A DNA stretch of 64,000 nt from Squalus acanthias (GCA_030390025.1 CM059427.1:28830001-28894000), one strand, 5' to 3'; positions 26,195 to 38,875 are shown, counted from the first letter of the stretch. Numbers and translations are program-made. Notes: generated by a model not told the origin, from the sequence alone.

Positions 26195-26770
26195 TTTTTG
26201 TCTGTAACCCTGTAAGTTTCGCATCCTCAAGTACCCGTCCAACTCCCTACGGGGTCAGTTTCCACCACCTTTCCAGATCCCGACAACTCAGTGAAATTTT
26301 TTTCTCATCTCCCCTCTAGATCTTTTATCATTGATTTTAAAACTATGACCTCTTGTTATTGACCCACTCACCAGAAGGAATAGTTTTTCTCTATCAAAAC
26401 CTCTCATCATCTTGAAAACCTTTATTAGGTCACCTCTTAACTTTCTCTGTTCCAAGGAGAATAGTCCTAGCTTTTCCAACTTGTCCTCATAAATGAAGTC
26501 CCTCATCCCTGGTAAACCTCCTCTGTATCCTTTCTAAGGCCTCTATATCTTTCCTTAAGTGTGGTGCCCAGAATTATCCACAATAATCCACATGAGGTCT
26601 AACCAATGATTTATAAAGTTCCAGCATGATCACTTTGCTTTTATATTCTATGGCTCTATTTAGAAACCCAAATAACCCATATGCTTTGTTAACCATCTTA
26701 TCTGCCACCTTTTAGGATTTGTGTATATGGACACCAAGGTGTCTCTGCTCATCTAAACATTTCAAAATGA
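26195..26770 (-). mobile_element. Older CR1 3' fragment
   Basis: EKLGLFSLEQRKLRGDLIKVFK. Confidence 0.8.
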
Positions 26771-27299
26771 TGCCAGATCATAAAATTTGTAAACCATCTT
26801 TGTAGCCTCAGTATGCTGCTACTTTACCAAATGGAAGGAATTGCTGTATATCATTTTAAAAAGCTGTGTCTCATCTAAAAAAAAAAGCTGGTTAGTTGAG
26901 CGCATTGTTGACTAGCACCAGCTGGTACATTCAAAAACATCTGAACTTTAACATGCTCTTGTTTAGCATTCTGAAAATTTAAAGTGTCAGGTGAGCAACG
27001 CACACTACATGTACAGTAATCAGCAGGTGATACACTGAACAATGCATTCTGATGACCAGCACTTCAGATGCACTTGTTTAAAATGCTGGCTGGTAGTGCA
27101 GGGACCTTTCTATCCACGTTGAGACTTGAATGGTAAAGATTCTCAAAATTGTTTCTCTAGTCATCTCACTGGTCTAAACCAGTGGTGCTCAAGACATACC
27201 CCACAAACTCCCATTATCTGGGCCTCAAAGTCCTAAGCTGATTATTTTCTATTTGCATGACCGGTCTGTAAAATAAAGTAGTTTAATGATTCCCACCTG

Positions 27300-27727
27300 G
27301 CCTAGTTTCCCTGAACCAGGATCTTTCAGTAGTTTCATGCCGATCTCCCTTCATGCCCTCTTCAAGGTCATCTTGTCCATGAGACCCACCTCCTGCTCCC
27401 TTGACCCACAAAACTACTGACTACCCAAATTCTCTTCCTGGTCCTCATGCTAGCTGACATTGTAAATAGTGCCCTCTCCCCAGGTACTGTACACCCATGC
27501 CCTTTTAAAACTGCAGTAACACCCACTCCTCAAAAATACCCACCCTTAACCCCTCTGTCCTTGCAAACTACCACTCCATCTTCAACCTCTCCAAAGTCCT
27601 TGAACAGGTTGTTGCCTCCCAAATCTGTACCCATCTTTCCCGCAATTCTATGTTTGAATCCCTCCAATCAGGTTTCCCACCCACACCACAGCACTGAAGT
27701 GGACCTAATCAAAGTCACAAATGACAT
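27300..27727 (+). mobile_element. L2 LINE ORF2 fragment
   Basis: FKTAVTP...HHSTEVDLIKVTNDIL. Confidence 0.7.
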
Positions 27728-27729
27728 TT

Positions 27730-28140
27730 TGGAATCAAGAAAGATAAATCGGAGTATTTTCAAAATGGTGAGAAACTGTACAAACTGTAGAGGTGCAGAG
27801 ATTTGGGAGTCCAAGTTCACAAATCATTTAAAGTTAGAAGACAGGTACAAAAAACAATCAAAATGGCTAATGGAATGTTGGCCTGTATCTCAAGGAGGCT
27901 GGATTACAAAGGGGAGGAAGTTATGCTTCAGCTGTATACAGCCTTGTTCAGACCCCATCTGGAATACTGCGTTCAGCTTTGGGCACCGCACCTCAGAAAG
28001 GATATATTGGCATTGGAGGGGGTGCAGCACAGGTTCACCAGAATGATACCGGGGCTTAGAGGCTAAAATTATGAGGACAGGTTGCATAAACTTGGCTTGT
28101 ATTCCCTGGAGAATAGAAGATTGAGGGGTGATCTGATACT
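27730..28140 (+). mobile_element. CR1 ORF2 fragment
   Basis: LYTALFRPHLEYCVQLWAPHLRKDI. Confidence 0.82.
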
Positions 28141-28417
28141 GGTTCAAAGCATTTCACAGAGGAGTAATCAAAAAAATTAACAAGCTGGAGGAGTTATTTG
28201 GAAGGGCGACAAAAATCTTAGGCAATGAGCTGAGTTTTAAGGAGGGTCTTAAAGGTCAATACGGGGTGGAGAGGCAGAGAGGTTTAGGGAGGGAATTCCA
28301 GAGCATGGTGCCTAGATGCAAGAAGCGGAGAATTTGGGGGTTGGGTGGGGGGGGGATTGTAGAGCTGGAGGAGGTTAGAGAGAAAGTGAGGGGTGAGGCA
28401 CTGAAGGGATGAAGGAT

Positions 28418-29116
28418 GAGCGACTGCTGCCAATGACATAAAGCATGCGCAGTTCCAGTGGGTTTTTTTGGTTGTCCTTGCCGGACTTCCCACAGACTGG
28501 TGAGAGAGAAAGGTGAGGGGTGGAAATTTCAGGTATTGTGAGGTCTGTAATGTGACTTGAAGGTGATATTAGGATGTTGTCAGCTTGTGAGAGTTTTATT
28601 GTAATCTCGCGGAGTGTGCTTATCGCTATCAGGTCCTCTGTCCGTTGTGGTTTGAACATGCAGCTGGTGAACAGAATGCAGGCGCAGGATGTTAGGATTT
28701 AATCGGCTGGGAAAAGGATCACTGAGAAAGAGAGTAGACACACTGTGGAGAGATAGATCGAGGAGCACTAGACAAAGAAACTGGGGAGGAAAACAAGAGG
28801 GAGGGCAGAGAAGGAATGTGAGGGGAGAGGGAGAGGGAGAGGGAGAGGGAGAGGGAGAGGGAGAGGGAGAGGGAGAGGGAGAGGGAGAGGGAGAGGGAGA
28901 GGGAGGCAGCGGTGTGATTAATTCATCAGAATGAACTGCTAAAACTTCCAGTACAACTTAACGAGGAAATTTGACTTGAAGGTGATATTAGGATGTTGTC
29001 AGATTGAGAGAGTTTTATATTCGCTATCAGCTCCTCTGTCTTTTGTGGTGAACGTTACATTTTCAAATTTGGGACCTGGCATTTATGCGCATCCGGTTCA
29101 TTGGCAACAGTCACTC
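28418..29116. mobile_element. Unclassified TIR-bounded insert within a minus-strand L2
   Basis: 19-bp inverted ends gagcgactgctgccaatga (28418-28436) / tcattggcaacagtcactc (29098-29116), 2 mismatches; L2 text continues on both sides. Confidence 0.55.
28823..28904. repeat. (GAGAGG)n microsatellite, about 13 units
   Basis: Directly visible. Confidence 0.95.
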
Positions 29117-29439
29117 CATAATTTTAAATTTAAGGTGATGGGGCACTAGGAGTCAATGTAGGTCAGTGATGACGGGGGGGTGGGGGCGAAATGGGGGAGC
29201 GTGATTTAGTGTGGGAGAGGATATGGGGAGTAAAATTTTGTGAAGGATGGAAGGCCAGCTAGGAGAGCACTGGAATAGTCAAGTCTGGAAATGACAAGGG
29301 CATGGGTGATGGTTCAAGCAGCAAATGGGCTGAGATAGGGACAGTGATGGGTAATGTTACAGGGCTGGAAGTAAGTGGGTTTTAAGGTGGAAAGGACATG
29401 GGGTAGGATAGGATTCTGAAGTTGCAAACAGTCTAGTTC

Positions 29440-31633
29440 AGTTGGCTAAGGTAGATTGGGAAACTACATTAAAAGGTATGATGGTAGACAAGCAATGGCT
29501 AGCATTTAAAGAATTAATACATAATTTACAACAAATATACATTCCTTTAAGGCACAAAAATCCCACAGGAAAAGTGGCCCAACCGTGGCTAACAAGAGAA
29601 GTTAAAGATAGTATTAAATCAAAGGACGAGGCTTATAATGTTGCCAAAAAGAGCAGTAAGCCGGAGGATTGGGAGGATTTTAGAATTCAGCAAAGGAGGA
29701 CCAAGAAATTGATAAAGGGAAAATAGAATATGAGAGTAAACTAGTGAGAGACATAAAAACAGACTGTAAAAGCTTCTATAGGTATGTAAAAAGGAAAAGA
29801 TTAGCAAAAGTAAATGTGGGTCCCTTACAGGCTGAGACAGGAGAAATTATAATGGGGAATAAGGAAATGGCAGAGAAATTAAACAAATACTTTGTGTCTG
29901 TCTTCACGGAAGATGACGCAAAAAACCTCCCGGAAGTAGTGGAGAACCAAGGGTCCAGCGAGAATGAGGAAGTGAAAGAAATGGGTATTAGTAAAAAAAT
30001 AGTACTGGAGAAATTAAGGGGGCTGAAAGCTGATAAATCCCTTGGACCTGATGGCCTACATCCTAGGATTTTGAAAGAGGTGGCTAGAGAGATAGTGAAT
30101 GCGTTGGTTGTCATCTTCCAAAATTCCATAGATTCTGGAACAGTTCCTGTGGATTGGAAGGTAGCAAATGTAACCCCAGTTATAAGAAAGGAGGGAGAGA
30201 TAAAACAGGGAGCTACAGACCAGTTAGCCTGACATCAGTAGTGGGGAAAATGCTCAAATCTATTATTAAGGACGTGGTAACAGGGCACTTAGAAAATAAT
30301 AGGATTGGGCGGAGTCAACAGATTTATGAAAGGGAAATCATGTTTGACGAATCTGTTAAGTGTTTTTTGAGGTTGTAACTAGCAGAATAGATCAGGGGGA
30401 ACCAGTGGATGTTGTGTATTTGGATTTTCAGAAGGCATTCGATAAGGTGTCACACAAGAGGTTATTAAGCAAAATTAAGGCTCATGGGATTGGGGGTAAT
30501 ATACTAGCATGGACTGAGGATTGGTTAACGGACAGAAAACAGAGAGTAGGAATAAATGTGTCATTTTCGGGTTGGCAGGCTGTAACTAGTGGGGTACTGC
30601 AAGGATCAGTGCTTGGGCCTCAGTTATTCACAATCTACATCAATGATTTGAATGAGGGGACCAAATGTAATATATCCAAGTTTGCTGCTGATACAAAGCT
30701 GGGTGGGAATGTAAGTTGTGAGGAGGATGCAAAGAGGCTTTAAAGGGATATAGACAGGCTAAGTGAGTGGGCAAGAACATGGCAAATGGAATATAATGTG
30801 GAGAAATGTGAAGTTATCCACTTTGGTAGGAAAAATAGAAAAGCAGAGTATTTTTTTTAATGGTGAGAGATTGGGAAATGTTGGTGTTCAGAGGGACCTG
30901 GGTGTCCTTGTACACAAATCAAAGTTAACATGCAGGTACTGCAAGCAATTAAGGAAGTAAATGGTATGTTGGCCTTTATTACAAGAGGATTTGAGTATAA
31001 GAATAAAGATGTCTTACTGCAATTATATAGGGCCATGGTGAGGCCACACCTGGAGTACTGTGTACAGTTTGAGTCTCCTTACCTAAGGAAGGATATACTT
31101 GCCATAGAGGGAGTGCAACGAAGGTTCACCAGACTGATTCCTGGGATGGGGCCGGGGGGGGGGGGTTGGGGGGGGGGGATTGTCCTCTGAGGAGAGATTG
31201 AGTAGACTAGGCCTATATTCTCTGGAGTTTAGAAGAATGAGAGGTGATCTCATTGAAACATACAAAATTCTTACAGGGCTTGACAGGGTAGATGCAGGGA
31301 GGATGTTTCCCCTGGCTTGGGAGTCTAGAACCAGGGGTCACAGTCGCAGATAAGGGGTCGGCCATTTAGGACTGAGATGAGGAAAAATTTCTACACTCAG
31401 AGGGTGGTGAATCTTTGGAATTCTCTGCCCCAGAGGGCTGTGGAGGCTCAGTCGTTGAGTATATTCAAGTCAGAGATCGATAGATTTTTGGATATTAAGT
31501 GAATCAAGGGATATGGGGATAGTGCAGGAAAGTGGAGTTGATGTAGAAGATCAGCCATGATCTTATTGAATGGCAGAGCAGGCTCGAGGGGCCAAATGGC
31601 CTACTCCTGCTCATATTTCTTATGTTCTTATGT
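29440..31633 (+). mobile_element. CR1 LINE, 5'-truncated; same subfamily as 13774-15935 in inverted orientation
   Basis: Nearly identical translations (MFFEVVTSRIDQGEPVDVVYLDFQKAFDKVSHKRLL in both); ttcttatg tail. Confidence 0.92.
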
Positions 31634-31654
31634 TTAGCCTGCGACAATAGCTGG

Positions 31655-32605
31655 GAGGGAGTGCAAGGAGAGAGAGAGATCTGGGGGATAGCAAAATACT
31701 GCAGATGCTGGAAATCCGAAATAACAACAGAAAACGCTGGAAAAACTCAGCAGGCCAGACAACATCCGTGGAGAGAGAAAGAGAGTTAACGTTTCAGGTC
31801 GAAACCCTTCGTCGTTCCGACGAAGGGTTTCGACCTGAAACGTTAACTCTCTTTCTCTCTCCACGGATGTTGTCTGGCCTGCTGAGTTTTTCCAGCGTTT
31901 TCTGTTGTTATTTGAGAGATCTGGGGGTGTTTGTACACAAATCTTTGAAGGTGGCAGGACAGGTTAACAAAGCAGTTAATAAAGCATATGGGATTCTGGG
32001 CTTTATAAGTCGAGGCATAGTGTACAAAAGCCCGGAAGTTATGCTAAACCTATATAAAACACTAGTTCGGCCCCAGCTGGAGTAGTGTGTCCAACTCTGG
32101 GCACCACACTTTAGGAAGGACGTGATGGCTTTGGAGAGGATACAGAAGAGATTTACTAGAATGGTTGTTCTCCTTAAAAGCAGGGAAGGCTATGAGGAGA
32201 TTTGATAGAGGTGTTTAAAATCATGAAGGGTTTAGATTGAGTAAATAAAGAGAAACCGTTTCCAATGGTTGAAGAGTCGATAACGAGAGGGCACAGACAT
32301 GAGGTGAGCGGCAAAAGAACCAGAGGCCACACAAGGAAAAAAAAAATTTACGCAACGAGTGGTTTGGATTTGGAATGAACTGCCCGATAGGGTGGTGGAT
32401 ACAGATTCAATAGTAGCCTTCAAAAGGGAATTGGATAAATACTTGAATGCTAAAAAATTGCAGGGATATGGGGAAAGAATTTGGGGGGGGGGGGGGTGAC
32501 TGGTAGAGTGGAACTAACTGGATTGCTCTTCGAAAGAGCAGACATAGACACAGACTCAAAGGGCCGAATGGATTCCTTCTGTGCTGTACTATTCTGTGAT
32601 TCTAA
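31655..32605 (+). mobile_element. CR1 3' fragment interrupted by a palindromic PLE-derived insert
   Basis: RDLGVFVHKSLKVAGQV...LYKTLVRPQLE; attctgtgattcta tail. Confidence 0.85.
31688..31913. mobile_element. PLE-derived inverted dimer (family A), 96-bp perfect arms, 14-bp TSD
   Basis: Arms 31719-31814 and 31818-31913, loop ttc; TSD gagagatctggggg at 31674-31687 and 31914-31927. Confidence 0.88.
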
Positions 32606-32619
32606 ATAGAATCAGGGGC

Positions 32620-34200
32620 AAGGGTACAGAGCTTGTGATGGGGGCAGAAAATGATGGCTTCAGTCTTCCCAATGTTTAACTGGAGGAAATTGTGGCTCAT
32701 CTGTCAATTCCAGACAAGTAGCCTGACAACATAGAGAAAGTGGAGAGATAAAGTTGGGTGTCGTCAACATACATGGAAGTTGCCCTCATATTTGTGGATG
32801 ATGTTGCCAAGGGGTAGAATGTAGATAAGGAACAGGAGAGGACCAAGGATAGATTCTTGGGGGACTCTGGAGGTTATGGTGCAGGTGCAGGAAGATAAGC
32901 CATTGCTGGAGATGCTCAAGCTACAATCACATAGGGAGGAGTGGAACCAAGCAAGAACCGCCCCACTGAGCTGGTCAATGGAGGAGTAGCGTTGGCGGAG
33001 GATGTTGTGGCTGACCGTGGAGTGCTATTTCAGTGCTCTGTGAGGGGTGAAAACCTGATCAGAGATTTAAACAGGCAGTAGTAGGACAGATGGGCATAGA
33101 TTTGGGAGTTGACAACATCTTTAAGGACTTGAGAGGAAGGGAGGTTCAAGATGTGTTGGTAGTTTGCAAGGAAACAGGTAGGAGGTTGGGTTTTTTAAGG
33201 AGGGGGTGAGGATGGTTATTAAAGGGAGAGGGACCATACCCAAGGAGGGAATCATTCACAGTCAGATAGCATGGGGACCAGGAAGGAAAGTTGAGTGATC
33301 AGCAGTTTAGTGGGAATGGGGTCAAGGAAGCAGGAGGTGGTCTCGTGGACAAAATGAGCTCGGAGATGGCATGAGGGGAGATGGGACAGAAATGCAGAGA
33401 AGGATGTGAGTTCAGGTATGGGGCACAGGGGAAGGGGGAAAGCAGCTGATCAGATAGTGTCAATCTTGGTGACAAAGGAGTCCATGAGCTCCTCGCATTT
33501 GTTGGAGGTGGGGGTGAAGGGGTTTAAGGAGATGGTTGGTAGTGCAGAAAATAAGCCAGGGGTTATCTTTGCTATCCAGGATGATCCTGAAGTAGTGTGC
33601 AGTTTTGGTAGAGAAGAGTCCAGCTCGATCACACTTGATGTGGTTCAGCCAAATCTGTTGATGGATGACTAAACTAGTGGTGTGCCAGATATACTCAAGT
33701 CTGCGGCCCTTGGACTTGTGGGAACGCAGATAGGGGCCATACCAGGGATAGAATAAAATTTTTGTTGGGAGACAAGAGCATCAAAGGTGGAGGATGGGAG
33801 TGGTTGAGCAAATTGACAGCTGTAGAGGTACTGTGGCGAATGGAGGGAGTTTCAAAGTATAGCAAGTCACTTGGGGAATGGGGGAGGGGTTATTTATTTT
33901 TCCAGGGGTAGACACAGAAGGAAGTGGAGTTGGGAGTAGGTAGATGTGGGCAAAGTGGGATATAAGGAAATGGTCGGAGATTACCTTGTCAGTGATCAAG
34001 GCAATGGGAGTAGAGGGGTCATGGGAGATGGGAAGTTTGAGGGGGTGGTTATGAATGAGTTTGCATGGAGGCAAAGGTTTATGGAAGACAGGAGGACAAT
34101 GAATTCAAAGAGAAGAGGGCAAGAGTGGCTGAGATGTTATTTGAAATCAGAGTCGTTGTCAGTGCAGAGGCTGAAGGAAGAAAGGAGGGATGATATCTCT
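32620..34200 (-). mobile_element. L2 LINE ORF2, decayed
   Basis: Purine-rich + strand; gggtgtcgtcaacatacat corresponds to the RT YVDDT motif on the minus strand; KCEELMDSFVTKIDTI; ISDHFLI. Confidence 0.75.
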
Positions 34201-34204
34201 GTGA

Positions 34205-34790
34205 AAAATAGCTATGGTTAAAGACAGAGAGAGAGCCATTCTATTATTTGGCTAGCTTAAATGTTACTGATGAATCCTGGAAAACTGTGCACAGTGCACA
34301 TGCCCAGACTGCCCTTCAACTAAGAGTCTTGGCAGACCAGGATTTTAGTAAAGACTGAGGCCTCCAAGTAAAATCTTTACTGAAAGTTTCAAAAGACACT
34401 GAAGAATTCAGTGGATAAATTTACTCACACTTTTGTGAAATAGGTCATTTTCAAATTTATTTTGTTTAAATCTTTATTTTGGACATTAGAAATTTAAATT
34501 AGTATGAAAAACAAAGGCACATGAAAACATTTTCAGAAAGTATTTTAAGCAATTTGTGTGAACCCACTTCCCAGATTACGCAATCACAGAACATTTCCTC
34601 ATTATCAAATAGTAGTTAGTGTATCTTACAGCGTGACATTTTTAACATTGAAAATACCTATCACAGCGCCACCTATACGACTAATAGTAGTGCAGGTACT
34701 TCAATGAAATACATGTCTCAGGTACGAAGTTTAACATACTAGTCCATCTCCCATGGCAGCGCACACGGCAAGTCACAGAATATGACTACT
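34205..34790 (+). repeat. Unclassified local repeat unit, copy A
   Basis: ccattctattatttggctagcttaaatgttactgatgaatcctggaaaactg is present inverted at about 42720-42775; gactgaggcctccaagtaaaa is shared with about 38451-38472. Confidence 0.75.
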
Positions 34791-36358
34791 CTTACTTGGC
34801 TGCTATCTTCATGTTGCTGTTTTTTCTCTCTCACTTTCTCTTCTCTCCCCATAACTCTCCTTTTGATTTTCTCTGTCCTCTTTTGCTTCTCGCAATGTCT
34901 TTTTTTATTTTTTCCTTATGGAAGTGGTGGATGGCACAGCTCAATATGGTGGAGAAAGGAGATGCCCACAGCAGTTGGGCTAAGGTTGCGGGGAAAATGT
35001 GGGCCTCAGCGGCTCCTTTTGCATCTTCTTCCCTAATCACTCATGCTTGTCCCCTTCGCCCAACTCCATTGCATCCCCTACGCTTTCACCTTCCCACTAT
35101 TGGCTCCCCTTTCTACCACTCCCTTCCTCGCACCACTAACTCCTACCTCTACTCATTTAAATTACTCCTTTAACCCTAGTGTTCCGCCCTCATCCACCAT
35201 AACCTTAACCTTCCATCCAGTCCCCTTCCCCCCACTCATTTGCTTCCCCCAAGGGTAGGTGGCAAGAGGACCCCCATCTTCAACCTGTTTTTGTTAACTT
35301 TCAGAACTAATTTAAAAAAAAAATCTAATTAGAATGAGGAAGGAGACTGCCTCTCTGTCTCTCACTCATAAGTGTTAGCAGTTACAATCTCTCAGCATGA
35401 CCGAGCACTTGGACAAGTATCATCTGATCAAAGAGAATCATCACGATGAAGGTTAGGTCTTATCTGACTAATCTAGTTGAATTATTTAAATTTTTTTTTT
35501 TTTTTTTTTAAGGACGTCGCTAGCATAGTAGATAAGGGAGTGTCTGTGGATGTTGTCTGTATGGACTTCCAGAAGGCATTTGATATGGTTCTGCACAAGA
35601 GATTATTAGCAAAAACGAGAGTACCTTGGAGGAATTGGAGATAATCTTGTGACATGGGCCGGTAATTAGTTGTGAGATAGAAGACCGAGCAGAGAAAAAT
35701 GGAATATTCTCTGATTGGTGGTATGTGACAAGTGATGTTCCCAAGGGATCTGTACTGGGCTTCAGCTTTTCACCATATTTATCAATGACTTGAATGAGGA
35801 AGAGAGTTGTATATTCAAGTTTGCAGATGACACTAAGTTAGGAAGCACAGTATGTTGTGTAGATGTGAGCAAGGAAGTTACAAAGTGACAGACAGATTAA
35901 GTAAGTGGGCAAACCTGTGGCAGCTGGAGTTCAATATGGGGAAGTGTGAGGTCATTCATTTTGGATCCAAGAAAGACAAATCAGAATATTTTCTTAATGG
36001 TGAGAGACTAGGAGTTGTTGAGGAGCCAAGGAATTTAGGTAGCAATGTACACAAATCACAAAGCTAGTGCAGAGGTACAAAAAGTAATCAAAAAGGCAAA
36101 TGTTTTGGCCTTTTATATCAAGTGGGATGGAATTCAAAAGTGAGCAAGTTCTGCTTCAGTTGTGCAGAGCCTTCATCAGACCCAATCTGGAATACTGCTT
36201 CAGCTTTGGGCACAACAACTCATATATTGGCCTTGGAAGGGGTACAGCGCACAGTCACCGGAATGGCACCAGCGCTTAAAGAGTTAAGTTATGACGACAT
36301 GTTGCATAAACATAGCTTGTATTCCCTTGAATTTATACGGTTGAGGAGTGATATAAAT

Positions 36359-37412
36359 CAGGGGTTCTCAACAATGTTCTCTGCAATTTCTTTTGGGCTG
36401 CATGGCCCATTCAAAATTCCGCGCATACATGTTTTTTTCAATTTAAAAGCCGGCTCACTGGCTGTGCGGGACCCCAAGAGTGCTGCGCACCCACGCAGCT
36501 TAAAGGGAACATTGGTTCTCAACCTTTTTGCTTCTGAGGACCCCGCCCCCCCCCGCCCCGCCCAGTGTTCTAAAAAATTCCACAGACCCCTTGTAACACA
36601 ACACAGCTTTTCTTTAAGAGTGGCTCCTGTCACGTGGTAAAAAACAGCAGCAAATTCGCACACAGCACGATTCCACAACAGAAAATCAGATGGATCACCA
36701 TAAACAACGTGCACCTAAGCTCCAGGCTCACTTCCCAATGCAAAAAAAGTCAACTTTCATGGCCGTCCGCACCTTGAGTCAGTGATGCCCCTGGGACTCG
36801 GACCCAGGACCATGAGCTCCCGGTGGCAGCAGCAGCGAGCAGTTTGATCAGCCGCCCGTGCAATACTCAGCTCTGTAAACAACTGCCACGGACTAGTAGC
36901 AGTCAGCCGCATAAAGAACGAAAAGTGAAGTCAGCCGATCACTCGCAGACACACTTCAGTTAATTCTTGACCCATTACCCCACAAAACTGACATCAAACC
37001 CCACCGACCTGCATACTCCACTTACCCGATTTAAACCTGGCAGGCAGGAGAGCGCTCGGACTACCGGGAAAAGAACCCGCTGCCATCCGTCACTAACGGA
37101 ACTGGGGAGGAGCGGGGGCGGGGGTCTCTCCCTCCTCCAACGTCAGCGGCAGCACATTGGCCCAACCTGACCTGGTGCACTGCATTAAACTCTCTCTCTA
37201 TTTTGAGGTGGGTAAAAAAAAAAACCCCTATTTCAAGGTATCATTCTTAGCAATAAACAGGGCACCACTGACATCGGTAGTGATCAGTCTCGCTCTTTTT
37301 ATTGTCGACCCTGCTCACAGAATGGGATTTTTAAAAAGATTTTCATTTTTGTAGGATGCTATTTTGGCAGACCACTTGAAACCTTCTCGCGGACCCCGGT
37401 TGAGAACCCCTG
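36359..37412. mobile_element. Non-autonomous hAT (Charlie-like) transposon
   Basis: TIRs caggggttctcaac / gttgagaacccctg; perfect 8-bp TSD atataaat at 36351-36358 and 37413-37420. Confidence 0.9.
36372..36514. mobile_element. 143-bp hAT MITE nested in the left TIR of the outer hAT
   Basis: TIRs caatgttctct / agggaacattg; 8-bp TSD gttctcaa at 36364-36371 and 36515-36522. Confidence 0.85.
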
Positions 37413-37423
37413 ATATAAATCAA

Positions 37424-37594
37424 GGGCCTAGAAAATTGTTTCGGTCGGTGGCGCAAAACAGGCGGTATCGGATCGGCCACCCGTTATACGCAGCACCTGA
37501 TATTCAGTTCTATTGACTGCAATGGAACTAAATATCAGGCGCCCGATCAGATACTGCCCGTTTTGTGCCAACACCCGAGACGAATCTCTACTCC
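37424..37594. mobile_element. Foldback MITE of about 170 bp
   Basis: Whole element is an imperfect palindrome: tggcgcaaaacaggcggtatcggatcgg / ccgatcagatactgcccgttttgtgcca and cctgatattcagttctattg / caatggaactaaatatcagg. Confidence 0.75.
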
Positions 37595-38079
37595 AAAATA
37601 TTTTAAATGATAAAAGGATTCGATAGGGTAGATACAGAAAAACTATTGCCTCTGGTGGAGGAATCCAAAACAAGGGGGCATTAGTTTAAAATTAGAGATA
37701 GGACATTTAGGAGTGAAGTCAGGAAGCATTTTTTTTTAATAAAAAGGGTAGTGGAAATCTGGAACTCTCTCCCTCAAAAGGCTGTGGATGCCAAGTCATT
37801 GAAAATTTCAAGACTGAGAATGATAGATTTTTGTTGGGTAATGGTATCAAGAGATTATGGAATAAAAGGCAGGTAAAATGGAGTTGGGGTACAGATCAGT
37901 CATGATCTAATTGAATGGTGCAACAGGCTCAAGGGGGGATGAATGGCCTACTCCTGTTCCTATGTTCCTCTCATGTGTAATTAACTTCTTTGTCAACAAA
38001 ACACTGATGAGATAATTAGTTGGCTTTAAAATTCAACTGTGGTTTTTGAAAATTGAACTATTAGTATCAATTCACACTT

Positions 38080-38875
38080 GCTCTCTCATCTCTCTCTTTC
38101 CCATCTCCGCTCTCTTGCCTTCAAGCTTAATACACTTTCTGAAGTCCATAAAACACAAAAAACTACAACAGGTATGTAATCAATTAAGTGTCCTATTTAT
38201 CCTCTCACACGCACCGTTGTAGAAAAAAAAACACATAATAAATTTTACCTTAATAAAGTTTTTGAAATTTGTCCTCAAGCATTTCTTCAAATTATTTTGA
38301 AAAACTGAACAGGAACTGCTAGAAGCTAAAGAAAGAATATTCCATCAGTACAGCTGACTGAATGGTACTGATGCATCCTGGGGAAATTAGGTACACTGCT
38401 CATGCTGAGACTGTATATTCCGACTAAGTCCAAACCTAGTCTCTTGGGAGAGACTATGGCCTTCAAGTAAAAACTATAATGAAGACACAAAATCTAATTC
38501 CAGTGATAAATGATAGTGAAAATGTAAAACTTTTTTTTATAAACTTTGTTTAAACCCTTATTATAGGCATCAGAAATTTCAGTTATTGAGGGGGAAGAAA
38601 ACCAAAATCAAAAATTCTCAGACAAATAATACTCACTATAAAATAACAGCTATTCTCTGATAGGCAGTCGTGACCGCCTTGAACACTGAAAGCACATATC
38701 ACAGCACCACCTACAGGCATAACATGCATTTCAGATATTTATAATGGGTTTTTACCATCGGACCACGGTTGACAAAGGTCTTTTCAATGTGAAACACATG
38801 CCTTGTGAATCAAATATAATACGTAACTACTCAATCTCCCATGGCATTACATACTGGGAATCAAGGCCAAATATA
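38080..38875 (+). repeat. Unclassified local repeat unit, copy B
   Basis: Shares tttgtttaaa..catcagaaatttcagt..tgaggggga, atcacagcaccaccta and atctcccatggca with copies A and/or C. Confidence 0.65.

Larger units (their letters stand above)
35375..37968 (+). mobile_element. Older CR1 ORF2 and tail, interrupted at 36359-37594 by three DNA transposons
   Basis: atggacttccagaaggcatttgat (MDFQKAFD), aagtttgcagatgacact (KFADDT); tail aatggcctactcctgttcctatgttcc. Confidence 0.82.

Noticed and set aside
26885-27100. Weak inverted similarity suggesting an old MITE or hairpin RNA
   Set aside because: Too degenerate to define arms or a TSD by eye.
28689-28934. ORF with (GE)n repeat
   Set aside because: Translation of the (GAGAGG)n microsatellite.
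31634-32085. Mirror-image ORFs on both strands
   Set aside because: Artefact of the 96-bp palindrome and flanking CR1.
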